41,640 nt of DNA from Planctomycetota bacterium (GTDB lineage Bacteria; Planctomycetota; Phycisphaerae; Phycisphaerales; Phycisphaeraceae). The first letter of the stretch is position 1. Each line of letters starts with the position of its first letter. Where the stretch lies: NCBI GenBank assembly GCA_039819425.1, contig JBCBSA010000001.1, positions 1-41,640 on the forward strand. The letters are read 5' to 3'. Made by a program: the position numbers and the translations under genes. Below, piece by piece: positions 1-9,878 of this stretch. The notes below the pieces were generated by a model, which was given only the letters and a program-made list of their open reading frames with translations, was not told where the DNA came from and made no database searches.

Positions 1-1
1 C

Positions 2-430
2 CTCTACCGGCAGAACCACCGCGTGAAGTTCAAGACCCCCTTCGAGTTCGTCGTCTCGGCGCTGCGGGCCGGCGGGGCCGAGGTCGAGGACGGCAACGCC
101 GCCGAGTACCTGCTCGAACGCATGGGCCAGCCCACGTACCGGTGCGTCGACCCCACCGGCTACGACGACCGCGCCGAGGCCTGGCTGGACCCCGGCGTGC
201 TGCTCCACCGCTGGGGCTTCGCCCTCGCCCTGGCCCACGACGACCTCGACGGCGTCCACGTCCCCGAACACGCCCAGGCGAAAACCAGCCCCGACGCCCT
301 CTTCAACCCGCTCACCCGCGACATGGTCAGCGAACAGACCCGCAACGAAGCCGACGCCGCCCTCCGCCGGGGCGGACCCGCCGCCGCCCGTGCCGTCGTC
401 CTCGGCTCCCCCGAATTCCAACAGCAATAA
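2..430 (+). CDS. DUF1800-family protein, C-terminal part (5' truncated by window edge)
   Basis: KFKTPFEFVVSALRA..MGQP..PTGY..W and terminal LGSPEFQ are typical of the DUF1800 C-terminus; lies directly upstream of its usual partner DUF1501. Confidence 0.85.
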   Translation, partial: LYRQNHRVKFKTPFEFVVSALRAGGAEVEDGNAAEYLLERMGQPTYRCVDPTGYDDRAEAWLDPGVLLHRWGFALALAHDDLDGVHVPEHAQAKTSPDALFNPLTRDMVSEQTRNEADAALRRGGPAAARAVVLGSPEFQQQ

Positions 431-440
431 GAAAAAGACA

Positions 441-545
441 ATCTCTAAGGAAAACAGGAAAGAAGGAAGTCAGGAATAAGAAATCAAAAAAATCCTCTCT
501 TTGGTTTGTTGCTTGATTTCCTCGCTTCCTGCATTCCTTAGAAAT
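441..545. repeat. AT-rich imperfect inverted repeat built from AGGAA units (REP/MITE-like)
   Basis: Left arm TCTAAGGAAAACAGGAAAGAAGGAAGTCAGG (444-474) matches the reverse complement of the right arm (512-542), TCTAAGGAATGCAGGAAGCGAGGAAATCAAG; low GC against a high-GC background. Confidence 0.7.
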
Positions 546-570
546 CCCTTGAACACGCAAGACCGTTCCC

Positions 571-1869
571 ATGCCCCACGCCACCCGACGAGAATTCCTC
601 CAACGCTCCGGCCTCCTCCTCGGTGCCGCCGGCACCGCCGGGCTGCTCCCCAAGCTGAGCTTCGGCCAGCCCCGGCTCGACGGCAAACAGCCCCCCACCC
701 TCGTCGCCGTCTACCTCCGCGGCGGGGCCGACCCCATCAACACCGTCGTCCCCTTCGGCGACCCGCAGTACGCCAAGATCCGCCCGGGTATCGCCGTCGA
801 ACGCCCCCGCCCCCTCAACCGCTACTTCGGCTTCCACCCCGCCCTCGGCGACCTCGCCGACCTCTACGACCGCGGCCTCATGTGCCCCATCCTCAACGTC
901 GGCTCCACCCACCCGACCCGCTCCCACTTCGACGCCCAGGACTTCATGGAACGCGCCGCCCCCGGCGTGAAGTCCGTCACCGAGGGCTGGCTCAACCGCT
1001 ACCTCTACGCCACCAAGTCCGACCTCGACGGCGACCTCCGCGCCGTCTCCCTCCAGGCCACCCTCCCCCGCTCGCTCCGCGGCCAATACTCCGCCCTCGC
1101 CGTCCCGGGCTACGGCGCCAACCACGTCATGGACACCTTCGAGGGCGTCTACGACTGCGACTCCAACAAAGAAGCCCGCGCAAAAAACGCCAAGCCGCCT
1201 GACGACCCAAATTCCGGGGGCGAACTCCCGGAAGACCGCATGCGTCAACGCATCGCCGAGGCCGGCGACGACGGCATCCGCAAACTCCGCGAGCTCAATG
1301 AACTCGTCGACGATCGTAACCGCCGCCCTTCGGGCTACCCCAACACCCGCCTCGGCCGTCAGTTCGCCGACATCGCCCAGCTCATCAAGGCCGACCGCGG
1401 CCTCGAGGTCGCCGCCGTCGACTACAACGGCTGGGACCACCACGCCTTCCAGGGCGGCGACCGCGGCGTCATGGCCGACATGCTCGGCAACCTCTCCCGC
1501 TCCATCGGCGCCTTCGTCCGCGACCTCGGCCCCAAGCTCGACCAGACCCTCGTGCTCACCATGTCCGAGTTCGGCCGCACCGTCCGCGAGAACGGCAACG
1601 CCGGCACCGACCACGGCCGCGCCGGGTTCATGTTCGCCGTCGGCGGCATGGTCAACGGCGGCAAAATCTACGGCAAGTGGACCGGCCTCGACCGCCGCCA
1701 ACTCGTCGACGGCCGCGACCTCCGCGTCCACACCGACTTCCGCCGCGTCTTCGCCGAGACCCTCGCATCGCTCTACGGCTTCGAGGCCGACAAAGAAAAC
1801 TTCTTCCCCGACTACCGCAGTCGTGAAAAACCCGTCGGCTTCCTCCGCCCCCTGACCGGCGACACATGA
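571..1869 (+). CDS. DUF1501-family protein with Tat signal
   Basis: TRREFLQ twin-arginine motif; YLRGGAD, RSHFDAQ, GWDHH, SEFGRT..N..GTDHG motifs. Confidence 0.9.
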   Translation: MPHATRREFLQRSGLLLGAAGTAGLLPKLSFGQPRLDGKQPPTLVAVYLRGGADPINTVVPFGDPQYAKIRPGIAVERPRPLNRYFGFHPALGDLADLYDRGLMCPILNVGSTHPTRSHFDAQDFMERAAPGVKSVTEGWLNRYLYATKSDLDGDLRAVSLQATLPRSLRGQYSALAVPGYGANHVMDTFEGVYDCDSNKEARAKNAKPPDDPNSGGELPEDRMRQRIAEAGDDGIRKLRELNELVDDRNRRPSGYPNTRLGRQFADIAQLIKADRGLEVAAVDYNGWDHHAFQGGDRGVMADMLGNLSRSIGAFVRDLGPKLDQTLVLTMSEFGRTVRENGNAGTDHGRAGFMFAVGGMVNGGKIYGKWTGLDRRQLVDGRDLRVHTDFRRVFAETLASLYGFEADKENFFPDYRSREKPVGFLRPLTGDT

Positions 1870-1880
1870 CTACAAATCAA

Positions 1881-1912
1881 CGTGAGCCGCGGGCGCAAGC
1901 CCGCCGCTCACG
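1881..1912. repeat. REP-like hairpin between convergent genes
   Basis: CGTGAGC-C-GCGGGC-GCAA-GCCCGC-C-GCTCACG: 13 paired bases with a GCAA (GNRA) loop; overlaps the stop codon of the 1908 gene. Confidence 0.6.
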
Positions 1913-2816
1913 AAGGTCGAACCGCCCCGCACTCCGGACACCTCACCTCGCCCGTGCCTAAGTGCCCCCGCAGGTCGTAGCCGCACGACCAGCAGAGCCG
2001 CTGATCGGTCGCATACCGGGTCCGAACAATCAGCGTCACGCTGCCATTGATACACAATACCACCGCCCCAACAAGCCATGTCGTCTTCGTCGAAGCCAGT
2101 ACCAGAGTTTCCCAATCGCCCGAATTAACGTAGGCCGCCAGCCCACCCAGAACCCACCACGCCGCGATATAGATCGCGGCAAAACTTACCGCACCGAAAC
2201 CAATATGGACCCACACATACATCACCTTCGGGTGTTCCAAATCATTGCGATCAGAAGCACCATCGGGCGGCACAACCAGCCGTCGACCGTTGAATCGAGT
2301 TAGCCGCCACCACATCGCCAACGCCAACAGCGGACTGGCGTACGTGACATAGGGCAACCCAGACGCGTACGCCCCTCGGGGGTCGGTCGAAACAAACAGA
2401 ACGATGCACGCCCAGTGCATAAACACCGGAACCGTAAGCCCTCCCAGGCACCGCCCGACGAGTTTGGACAGCGCGTTCTCCTGCCGCACCGCATCGAGAC
2501 ACAAGTAAACCGCCGCCCCGAGGAAAATCGTGATGTCCATCGCCGTTTCGCCGCCGCCGCTAAAAAGCCACAAATCGTAATAGAGCGCCCACCCCAAATC
2601 GGGCGTCGAGAACATCCCCGACGTGGCGTACAGCAAGCACGGCACTGTCAACGCCACCCCCAGCACCCGGTCCCGCCCCCGCGACTGCATCACCACCGCC
2701 GTCCACCCCGCGACCACCAGCCCGGACACCCAAATGTGCCACTGCAGATAAACCGTCCAGTCCCATAGCGTCGGGTCACGCCACGGTGACCCCAGCGTCT
2801 GCCCGAGCACGCTCAC
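1908..2816 (-). CDS. Multi-pass membrane protein with C-terminal zinc ribbon
   Basis: Several hydrophobic segments, then [15 protein letters not shown]; start placed at GTG 2816, which overlaps the gcvP stop (GTGA coupling), instead of the ORF-track start at 3044 inside gcvP. Confidence 0.7.
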   Translation of the reverse strand: MSVLGQTLGSPWRDPTLWDWTVYLQWHIWVSGLVVAGWTAVVMQSRGRDRVLGVALTVPCLLYATSGMFSTPDLGWALYYDLWLFSGGGETAMDITIFLGAAVYLCLDAVRQENALSKLVGRCLGGLTVPVFMHWACIVLFVSTDPRGAYASGLPYVTYASPLLALAMWWRLTRFNGRRLVVPPDGASDRNDLEHPKVMYVWVHIGFGAVSFAAIYIAAWWVLGGLAAYVNSGDWETLVLASTKTTWLVGAVVLCINGSVTLIVRTRYATDQRLCWSCGYDLRGHLGTGEVRCPECGAVRPS

Positions 2817-5773
2817 GCCGGCTCCCCGAACGCCTCCATCGGCGGACAACTGCACACGAGGTGGCGGTCGCCGTAGGGATTGTCGATCCGCCCCACCGAC
2901 GGCCAGAACTTCGCCCCCGGAAGTTGTTGCCCCTCCATCGGGAACGCGGCGAGCTTCCGGGGGTAGGGGTGCGGCCAGTCGTCTGCGGTAACGTGCTCGG
3001 CGGTGTGGGGCGCGTGCTTGAGCGGGTTGTCTTCCGGGGGCCATTCGCCGGATTCGACGCGGGCGACCTCGCGGCGGATAGCGATCATGGCGTCGCAGAA
3101 GCGGTCGAGCTCGGCCTTGGACTCGGACTCGGTCGGCTCGATCATGAGCGTGCCGGCGACGGGCCAGGACATCGTCGGGGCGTGGAAGCCGTAGTCCATC
3201 AGGCGTTTGGCGAAGTCGTCGACGGTGACGCCGGCCGACTTCTCGAACGGCCGAACGTCGATGATGAACTCGTGCGCGACCGTGCCGGACGGGCCGGTGT
3301 AGAGGATGTCGTAGTGGTCGCGGAGGCGGGCGGCCATGTAGTTGGCGTTGAGGATGGCGGTCTTGGTCGCTTCGGTGAGGCCGGCGCTGCCCATCGTGGC
3401 GATGTACATCCAGGAGATGGGGAGGATCGAGGGAGAGCCGTAAGGCGCAGCCGAAATGACGAAATCCGAATGACGAATGACGAAGGGGTCGTCCGTCGTT
3501 TCGTCATTCGTCATTCGTGCTTCGTCATTCGTACCCAGCGGATGCGACGGTAAATAGTCACTCAGGTGCGCCGCCACGCCGATCGGTCCCATGCCCGGGC
3601 CGCCGCCGCCGTGGGGGATGCAGAAGGTCTTGTGCAGGTTGAGGTGGCAAACGTCGGCCCCGATTTTTCCGGGAGACGTCAGGCCGACTTGAGCGTTCAT
3701 GTTCGCCCCGTCCATGTAGACCTGTCCGCCATGTCGATGGACTAGGTCGCAGGCTTCGCGGACGGTGTCCTCGAAGACGCCGTGGGTCGAGGGGTAGGTG
3801 ATCATCAGGGCCGCGAGCTCGTCGGCGTGCTGCTCGGCCTTGGCCCGCAGATCGTCGAGGTCGATGTCGCCGTTGTCGGCGCACTTCACGGGGACAACGG
3901 ACATGCCGGCGATGACGGCGGAGGCGGGGTTGGTGCCGTGGGCGCTGGTGGGGATGAGGCACTTGGTGCGAGATGTGTCGCCGCGAGCGTCGTGGTACGC
4001 CCGGATGGCCATGAGCCCGGCGTACTCGCCCTGGCTGCCGGCGTTGGGCTGGAGCGACACGGCGGCGAAGCCGGTGATCTCGGCGAGCCAGTTTTCCAAG
4101 TCCGCAAACAGCTTGGCGTACCCCTCGGCCTGTTCCGGGGGGCAATAGGGATGGAGGTCGCCGAAGCCGGGCCAGGTGACAGGAATCATCTGGTTCGCGG
4201 CGTTGAGCTTCATGGTGCACGAGCCTAGCGGGATCATGCCGTGGGCCAGGCCGTAGTCGCGGGAGACGAGGCGTTGGAGGTAGCGGAGTAGTTCGTGCTC
4301 GGTGTGGTAGGCGTTGAAGACGGGGTGCGTCAGGAAATCAGAGGTGCGTGCGAAGGGTTGGAGGGTGTCTTGAGCGGGTGTATCCGCAGCAAAACCTTGC
4401 TCAGGCAAGAACGCCGACACCACACGGTCGAGGTCGTGTTCGGTTGTGGTCTCGTCGAGACAGACGTTGACGATCTCGCCGTAAACGATCCGCAGGTTGA
4501 TCCCTTGATCAACGGCCCGACGCAGCACCGCCTTTGCCTCTTCATCGCCGACGCAAACGCTCACCGTGTCGAAATAAGCGTGATCATCGACGTGCAAGCC
4601 GAGTTCGGAAAGTCGCCCGGCCAAAGCGAGCGACTTGTCGTGGACGCTTCGCGCGATCGCTTTCAATCCCTCCGGCCCGTGGTACACCGCGTAGAACCCG
4701 GCGATATTCGCCAGCAGCGCCTGGGCGGTGCAGATGTTGCTCGTGGCTTTGTCGCGTTTGATGTGTTGTTCGCGGGTCTGGATCGCCATGCGCAGGGCGA
4801 GGTTGCCGTGGACGTCTTTGGAGACGCCGATGAGTCGGCCGGGCATCTTGCGGGCGTACTTCTCCTGCGTGGCGAGGAACGCGGCGTGCGGCCCACCGTA
4901 GCCCATGGGCACGCCGAAACGCTGGGCGCTGCCGACCGCGATGTCGGCGCCCCACTCGCCCGGCGGGGTGATCAAGCAACAAGCGAGCAGGTCGGTCGCC
5001 GCGACGACGAGGGCGCCGTGCTCGTGGGCCTTCGCGCTCAACGCCGAGTGGTCCCGGATACACCCGTCGGTCGCGGGGTATTGCACCAACACACCACAGC
5101 AGTCCTCGGACGAGAAATCGAACGTGTCGGCGTCCTCGACTTCGACGCCGATGCCTAACCCCTGTGCCCGGGTACGCACGACCGCGATCGTCTGCGGATG
5201 ACAGTCGGCCGCGACGAAGAACCGACGCTTCTTCTGCCGGGCGATGTTGAAACACATCGCCATCGCCTCGGCCGCGGCGGTGGCCTCGTCGAGCAGCGAC
5301 GCGCCCGCCAACGGAAGCCCGACGAGGTCGCTGACCATGGTCTGGAAGTTGAGCAGCGCTTCGAGCCGGCCCTGGGCGATCTCGGCCTGGTACGGGGTGT
5401 AGGGCGTGTACCACAGCGGGTTCTCGAGGACGTTACGCAGGATGACCGGCGGCGTAACCGTGCCGTGGTAGCCCATGCCGATCATGGAGGTCATCGGGCG
5501 GTTCTGGTCGGCGTAGGTTTTCAGCTTCGCCAGCGCGGCCGACTCGCCGAGGGGTGAGTTCGCGTCGAGCCCGGCGAGGTTCAGTGGAGTATCAAGCCGG
5601 ATATCGCGCGGCACGGTCTGGTCGATCAGCGCATCGAGCGAGCCCACGCCCACGGCCTCGAGCATGGCCTGCCGCTCGGCGGCGGTCCGGCCGTGGTGGC
5701 GACGAGCAAAGGTGTCGAGCGGGGCGAGCGTCGGGCTCGCCTCAGGGGTCACGGACGGGGTTGACTGAGGCAT
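2813..5773 (-). CDS. gcvP: Glycine dehydrogenase (decarboxylating), glycine cleavage system P protein
   Basis: [45 protein letters not shown]-lysine motif [26 protein letters not shown]; start ATG 5773 (MPQST). Confidence 0.97.
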   Translation of the reverse strand: MPQSTPSVTPEASPTLAPLDTFARRHHGRTAAERQAMLEAVGVGSLDALIDQTVPRDIRLDTPLNLAGLDANSPLGESAALAKLKTYADQNRPMTSMIGMGYHGTVTPPVILRNVLENPLWYTPYTPYQAEIAQGRLEALLNFQTMVSDLVGLPLAGASLLDEATAAAEAMAMCFNIARQKKRRFFVAADCHPQTIAVVRTRAQGLGIGVEVEDADTFDFSSEDCCGVLVQYPATDGCIRDHSALSAKAHEHGALVVAATDLLACCLITPPGEWGADIAVGSAQRFGVPMGYGGPHAAFLATQEKYARKMPGRLIGVSKDVHGNLALRMAIQTREQHIKRDKATSNICTAQALLANIAGFYAVYHGPEGLKAIARSVHDKSLALAGRLSELGLHVDDHAYFDTVSVCVGDEEAKAVLRRAVDQGINLRIVYGEIVNVCLDETTTEHDLDRVVSAFLPEQGFAADTPAQDTLQPFARTSDFLTHPVFNAYHTEHELLRYLQRLVSRDYGLAHGMIPLGSCTMKLNAANQMIPVTWPGFGDLHPYCPPEQAEGYAKLFADLENWLAEITGFAAVSLQPNAGSQGEYAGLMAIRAYHDARGDTSRTKCLIPTSAHGTNPASAVIAGMSVVPVKCADNGDIDLDDLRAKAEQHADELAALMITYPSTHGVFEDTVREACDLVHRHGGQVYMDGANMNAQVGLTSPGKIGADVCHLNLHKTFCIPHGGGGPGMGPIGVAAHLSDYLPSHPLGTNDEARMTNDETTDDPFVIRHSDFVISAAPYGSPSILPISWMYIATMGSAGLTEATKTAILNANYMAARLRDHYDILYTGPSGTVAHEFIIDVRPFEKSAGVTVDDFAKRLMDYGFHAPTMSWPVAGTLMIEPTESESKAELDRFCDAMIAIRREVARVESGEWPPEDNPLKHAPHTAEHVTADDWPHPYPRKLAAFPMEGQQLPGAKFWPSVGRIDNPYGDRHLVCSCPPMEAFGEPA
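3455..3529. repeat. 75-bp palindromic element of GAATGAC heptamers, in frame inside gcvP
   Basis: AATGACGAA-ATC-CGAATGACGAATGACGAA (3455-3484) pairs with TTCGTCATTCGTCATTCG-TGC-TTCGTCATT (3500-3529): 18+9 bp perfect, 15-nt loop. Confidence 0.9.
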
Positions 5774-5778
5774 GATGT

Positions 5779-5784
5779 AGTTTA
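5779..5784 (-). promoter_or_regulatory. Putative -10 box (TAAACT), leaderless gcvP
   Basis: TAAACT-acatc-ATG, no Shine-Dalgarno (SD) sequence. Confidence 0.55.
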
Positions 5785-5804
5785 GCGGTTGCCCGACGGG
5801 CGAT

Positions 5805-5833
5805 CTGACGGACAGAACGGCTCGCCCTACAGT
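5805..5833 (+). promoter_or_regulatory. Putative sigma70-type promoter, leaderless polX
   Basis: CTGACG (5805-5810), 17-bp spacer, TACAGT (5828-5833), gcagcg, then ATG 5840. Confidence 0.6.
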
Positions 5834-5839
5834 GCAGCG

Positions 5840-7600
5840 ATGCCCAAGCCCGCCGCTTCGACGAACGCCCAACTCGCCGCGATCTTCCACCAGATGGCCG
5901 ACCTCACCGAAGTCACCGGCGGGAACCGGTTCAAGGTCAACGCCTTCGCCAAGGTCGCCCGCATCCTGGAAAACCTGACCAAGGACGTGGCCGAGGTCGA
6001 CCGCGACCTCCTCCCCAAGCTCGAGGGCATCGGCGACGGCTCGGCCAAGCGCATCGGCGAGTTCCTCGACACCGGCCGGATCGCCGACCACCAAGCCCTG
6101 CTCGACGAAGTGCCCGAGGGCTTGCTGAAGGTCATGGACGTGCCGGGCGTCGGGCCCAAGTCCGCCGCGGTGTTCTGGAAGGAGGCCGGCGTCGAATCCC
6201 TCGACGACCTCAAGGCCAAGCTCGACACCGGCGAGCTCGAAGCCCTCAAAGGCTTCGGCAAGAAGAAGATCGAGAACATCAAGAAGAACCTGAAGTTCGC
6301 CGCCACCGCCGGCCAGCGCCAACGCATCGGCACCGCCCACGCCCTGGCCACCGTGTTCGTCGAAGACCTCAGGGGTGTTCCGGGGGTCGAGCGTATCGAG
6401 TACGCCGGCAGCCTCCGCCGCGGCAAAGAAACCATCGGCGACATCGACGTCCTCGTCGCCTGCAACGACGACAAAAAGAAGGCCGGCATCTTCGACACGT
6501 TCGTGGAACACCCCGCGGTGGACGAAGTGATCTTGCGCGGCGAGACCAAAGCCTCAGTCCACACCCATCGAGATGCGGGCGGGATGCAGGCGGACCTGCG
6601 TATCGTCGCCCCCGAAAGCTTCGGCGCCGCCCTGATGTATTTCACCGGCAGCAAAGAACACAACGTCAAGATGCGCGAACGCGCGATCGACCGCGGCTTG
6701 TCCCTGAACGAATACTCGCTGTCCCGCGACGGCGAGCCGGTGGCGGGCGAAACCGAAGAAGAAGTGTTCGCGGCGCTCGACCTCGCCTGGGTCCCCCCCG
6801 AGCTGCGTGAAGACCGCGGCGAGTTGGCGATGGCCGAGTCGGACGATCTGCCGACGCTGCTCACCGTCGCCGACGTCAAGGCCGAACTCCACACCCACAC
6901 CACCGCGTCCGACGGCCGGTGGAGCATCGAAGATAACGCCCGCGCCGCCGCCGACCGCGGCTTCCACACCGTCGCCATCACCGACCACTCCAAGGGCCAG
7001 GCTCAGGCCAACGGTCTGTCCGAAGAGCGCCTCGTCCGACACATCGAAGCCGTCCGCCAAGTCGCCGAAAAATTGAAAGACACCATCACCGTCCTCGCCG
7101 GCAGCGAAGTCGACATCCTCGCCGACGGTTCGCTCGACTACCCCGACGACCTCCTCGCCGAGCTCGACTGGGTCGTCGCCTCCCCTCACGCCGCCCTCTC
7201 CCAGGACCCCGCCAAGGCCACCAAGCGCCTGACTAAAGCCATCGAGAACCCCTACGTCCACGTCGTCGGCCACCCCACCGGCCGCATCATCAACCGCCGC
7301 GAAGGCTTGTCGCCCGACATGGAAGCCCTCTTCCGCGTCGCCGCCGAGCATGGCGTCGCCCTCGAGATCAACGCCAGCCCCTACCGCCTCGACCTGCGCG
7401 ACACCCACGCCCACGCCTTCGTCCACGACCACGGCGGCACGCTCTCGATCAACACCGACGCCCACGGCCCGGGCGACCTCGACAACCTACAGTTCGGCGT
7501 CCTTACCGCCCGACGCGCCGGGGCCTCCAAGCAAGACGTAGTGAACTGTTGGTCGAAAACCAAGCTAAACAAGTGGATCAAGTCCCGGAGGTCGGGTTAA
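5840..7600 (+). CDS. polX: DNA polymerase X / PHP 3'-5' exonuclease
   Basis: HhH motifs (GIGDGSA, GVGPK, GFGKK), [29 protein letters not shown] motifs HTHT, TDHS, GSEVD, GHPTGR, NTDAH. Confidence 0.95.
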   Translation: MPKPAASTNAQLAAIFHQMADLTEVTGGNRFKVNAFAKVARILENLTKDVAEVDRDLLPKLEGIGDGSAKRIGEFLDTGRIADHQALLDEVPEGLLKVMDVPGVGPKSAAVFWKEAGVESLDDLKAKLDTGELEALKGFGKKKIENIKKNLKFAATAGQRQRIGTAHALATVFVEDLRGVPGVERIEYAGSLRRGKETIGDIDVLVACNDDKKKAGIFDTFVEHPAVDEVILRGETKASVHTHRDAGGMQADLRIVAPESFGAALMYFTGSKEHNVKMRERAIDRGLSLNEYSLSRDGEPVAGETEEEVFAALDLAWVPPELREDRGELAMAESDDLPTLLTVADVKAELHTHTTASDGRWSIEDNARAAADRGFHTVAITDHSKGQAQANGLSEERLVRHIEAVRQVAEKLKDTITVLAGSEVDILADGSLDYPDDLLAELDWVVASPHAALSQDPAKATKRLTKAIENPYVHVVGHPTGRIINRREGLSPDMEALFRVAAEHGVALEINASPYRLDLRDTHAHAFVHDHGGTLSINTDAHGPGDLDNLQFGVLTARRAGASKQDVVNCWSKTKLNKWIKSRRSG

Positions 7601-7608
7601 ATATCACC

Positions 7609-7631
7609 GGAGCCCGCCGAGTGCGGGCTCC
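7609..7631 (+). terminator. GC hairpin after polX (no U-tract)
   Basis: GGAGCCCGC-cgagt-GCGGGCTCC, 8 nt after the polX stop. Confidence 0.4.
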
Positions 7632-7668
7632 ACGAGCAACCACATTTCTTGACGAGAGAGGGTGAACG

Positions 7669-9777
7669 ATGAGTCTCGGTTTCGCACGAGCACGGCAATC
7701 GACATCGCGGTGGGCCGCGGCGGCGATCGCGGGGGCCCTGACGGCTGGCGCGACGGCGCAAGACTTCACCTGGACCGGGGCCGGGGCCGACGACTCCTGG
7801 CTCAACGCCCTCAATTGGTCGCCGCAGGGCGTCCCCGATGCGGCCGGGGAAACGGCCACCGTCGGCGGACCCGCACCCGTGGTGCTCTCGGGCAGCGCAG
7901 AGGTGGACAGGCTCACCGTCACCTCCGGCGGCGAGGTGCGGGTCGGTGGCACGCTCAGCCTGCTGGGCTCGCCGGTGGACAACGACGGCCAGGTCACGCT
8001 GGTCGGCAACGCCGGAGGATCGGGCGGCGGGCGGCTGCTCCTGGAATCCGACGTGACGTTCCAGAGCACCGGCCGGCTGACGCTGAACGGGGCCGACACG
8101 GCCGTCGAGCGCGGAGGCACGTCCACCCAGACGTTTATCTTCGGCGTCGGCACCGACCACACGGTCAACGGCCACGGCGAGCTGGGAGCCGACACCCTGC
8201 TGATCCGCAACCGCGGGGTCATCGACGCCGACGTGGCCGGGCAGACGCTGCGGGTCAACCCCGGCAGCGGCACCGACGAACTGATCAACCGCAACCTGAT
8301 GCAAGCCACCGGCGGCGGGATCTTGGAGCTGTCGGGGCTCGGGGGCGACAGCTTCTTCAACCTCGCGACCATCCACGCCGCCGACGGCTCGGCCGTGCTC
8401 CTGGCCGACGGGGCCAGCCTCAACGGCGGGTCGAGCGGCAACGGCCGGCTCTCCACCGCGGGGTCCGGCGTCGTCCGGGTCGCGGACCGGGACTCGGCCG
8501 TCGTCTTCGGCCACGTGATCGACGGGCGGTTTGAGATCGGCGACGCGGCACGCCTCGACTTCGGCGGCACGATCACCGCCAACGGCCGACTCGTCGCCAA
8601 GGACGGGCCCGGCGGCGGCATCCTGCCCGGCACCGGGCTCAGCACCCTGGAACTGCTCGGCGACGTGGCGGTGGACGGCCAGCTCATCGCCGACGCCGGC
8701 GGCACGCTCAACGTCGGCCTCGTCGATACCTCCGCCACCCTGACCAACCGCGGGACCTTCCGCGCCGCCAACGGCTCACGCCTCACCCTCGACCTCGACG
8801 GCACCCTCGACCAGCGCGGCACCTTCGAGGCCATCGACGGCGGCGTGCTCACCGTGGTCAACGGCACGCCCGTCGGCCAGTTCGACACCACCGGCGGCAT
8901 CGACGCCCTGACCGGCGGCACCTTCCGCGCCGTCGACGGCCGGCTCAACGTCGCACCCACCGGGTTCGACCTCGTGGTCAACGACGGGGCCGACCTCGAG
9001 TTCCACGGCCCGTCCGCCGACACCAACCTCTTCGCCGACACGCCCTCGATCCCCGGTTCGCTGGTCTCCGACGCCTTCGACACCAACGCCGGCTCGCTCC
9101 GCCTCACCGGCGGGACGAGCCTGACCACCCGCCTCACCAACCCGTTCTTCGATTTCACCAACGCCGGCGTCCTCGCCGTCGGCGCCGGCTCGACCTTCGC
9201 CGTCACCGACACCAACGGCGACCGCCGCACCCTCAACAACCAGACCGACTCGGGACCCGCGCCCGTCCTCGGAGGCGACGGCACGGTCTTCGCCGACGTC
9301 TTCAACGGCTTCAGCGGCGAAATCCGCCCCGAGACGACCAACGGCAGCAACGGCCCGGCCACCCTCACCGTCGACGGCGACCTCACCCTTACCGACGAGA
9401 GCCAGAGCGGCAGCGGCGGCGTCTACCTCGAAACCTTCGCCGACGGCATCGATACCCTCGTTGTCACCGGCACCGCCACGCTCGCCGGGGCGCTGTATAT
9501 CGACTCGGTCCGGTCGCCGTTCCCCCCCGACTTCCCCAGCCTGTTCCTCGCAACGGCCGCCGCCACCGCAGCGCCCACCGGCCCGCAGGAATTCCTGATC
9601 CTCGAGGCGGACACGATCGTCGGCAACTTCGACCTCGTCTCCTTCAACGGCGACACGTCTTTGGCCACCCGCATCGACTTCGCCGCCGGCCGGGTCTTCG
9701 TCACGATCCCCGAGCCGACGTCGCTGACCCTGCTGCTCGCCGCGGCCCCCCTGCTGACCCGCCGCCGCGCCTCCTGA
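7669..9777 (+). CDS. PEP-CTERM sorted surface protein with Gly/Thr-rich beta-helix (autotransporter passenger-like) repeats
   Basis: N-terminal signal peptide, WTGAG..W..ALNWSP start, G/T/N-rich beta repeats, C-terminal IPEPTSLTLLLAAAPLLTRRRAS; purine-rich RBS GAGAGAGGG. Confidence 0.88.
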   Translation: MSLGFARARQSTSRWAAAAIAGALTAGATAQDFTWTGAGADDSWLNALNWSPQGVPDAAGETATVGGPAPVVLSGSAEVDRLTVTSGGEVRVGGTLSLLGSPVDNDGQVTLVGNAGGSGGGRLLLESDVTFQSTGRLTLNGADTAVERGGTSTQTFIFGVGTDHTVNGHGELGADTLLIRNRGVIDADVAGQTLRVNPGSGTDELINRNLMQATGGGILELSGLGGDSFFNLATIHAADGSAVLLADGASLNGGSSGNGRLSTAGSGVVRVADRDSAVVFGHVIDGRFEIGDAARLDFGGTITANGRLVAKDGPGGGILPGTGLSTLELLGDVAVDGQLIADAGGTLNVGLVDTSATLTNRGTFRAANGSRLTLDLDGTLDQRGTFEAIDGGVLTVVNGTPVGQFDTTGGIDALTGGTFRAVDGRLNVAPTGFDLVVNDGADLEFHGPSADTNLFADTPSIPGSLVSDAFDTNAGSLRLTGGTSLTTRLTNPFFDFTNAGVLAVGAGSTFAVTDTNGDRRTLNNQTDSGPAPVLGGDGTVFADVFNGFSGEIRPETTNGSNGPATLTVDGDLTLTDESQSGSGGVYLETFADGIDTLVVTGTATLAGALYIDSVRSPFPPDFPSLFLATAAATAAPTGPQEFLILEADTIVGNFDLVSFNGDTSLATRIDFAAGRVFVTIPEPTSLTLLLAAAPLLTRRRAS

Positions 9778-9878
9778 TTCGAGAGCCGCGAGCTCGCCGA
9801 TCGGGTTGCGCCACGGCAGGCCAGGCGAGACTCACACAAATTTCCGGGGCACAGGGCGGCCTCCGCTTCACGCCACGG

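Noticed and set aside
2817-3044. Longer start for the zinc-ribbon membrane protein
   Set aside because: It overlaps the conserved gcvP C-terminus; GTG 2816 gives standard GTGA coupling
5774-6511. N-terminal 246-aa extension of the 1232-aa ORF containing gcvP
   Set aside because: It is the antisense shadow of polX; GcvP similarity and a -10 box place the start at 5773
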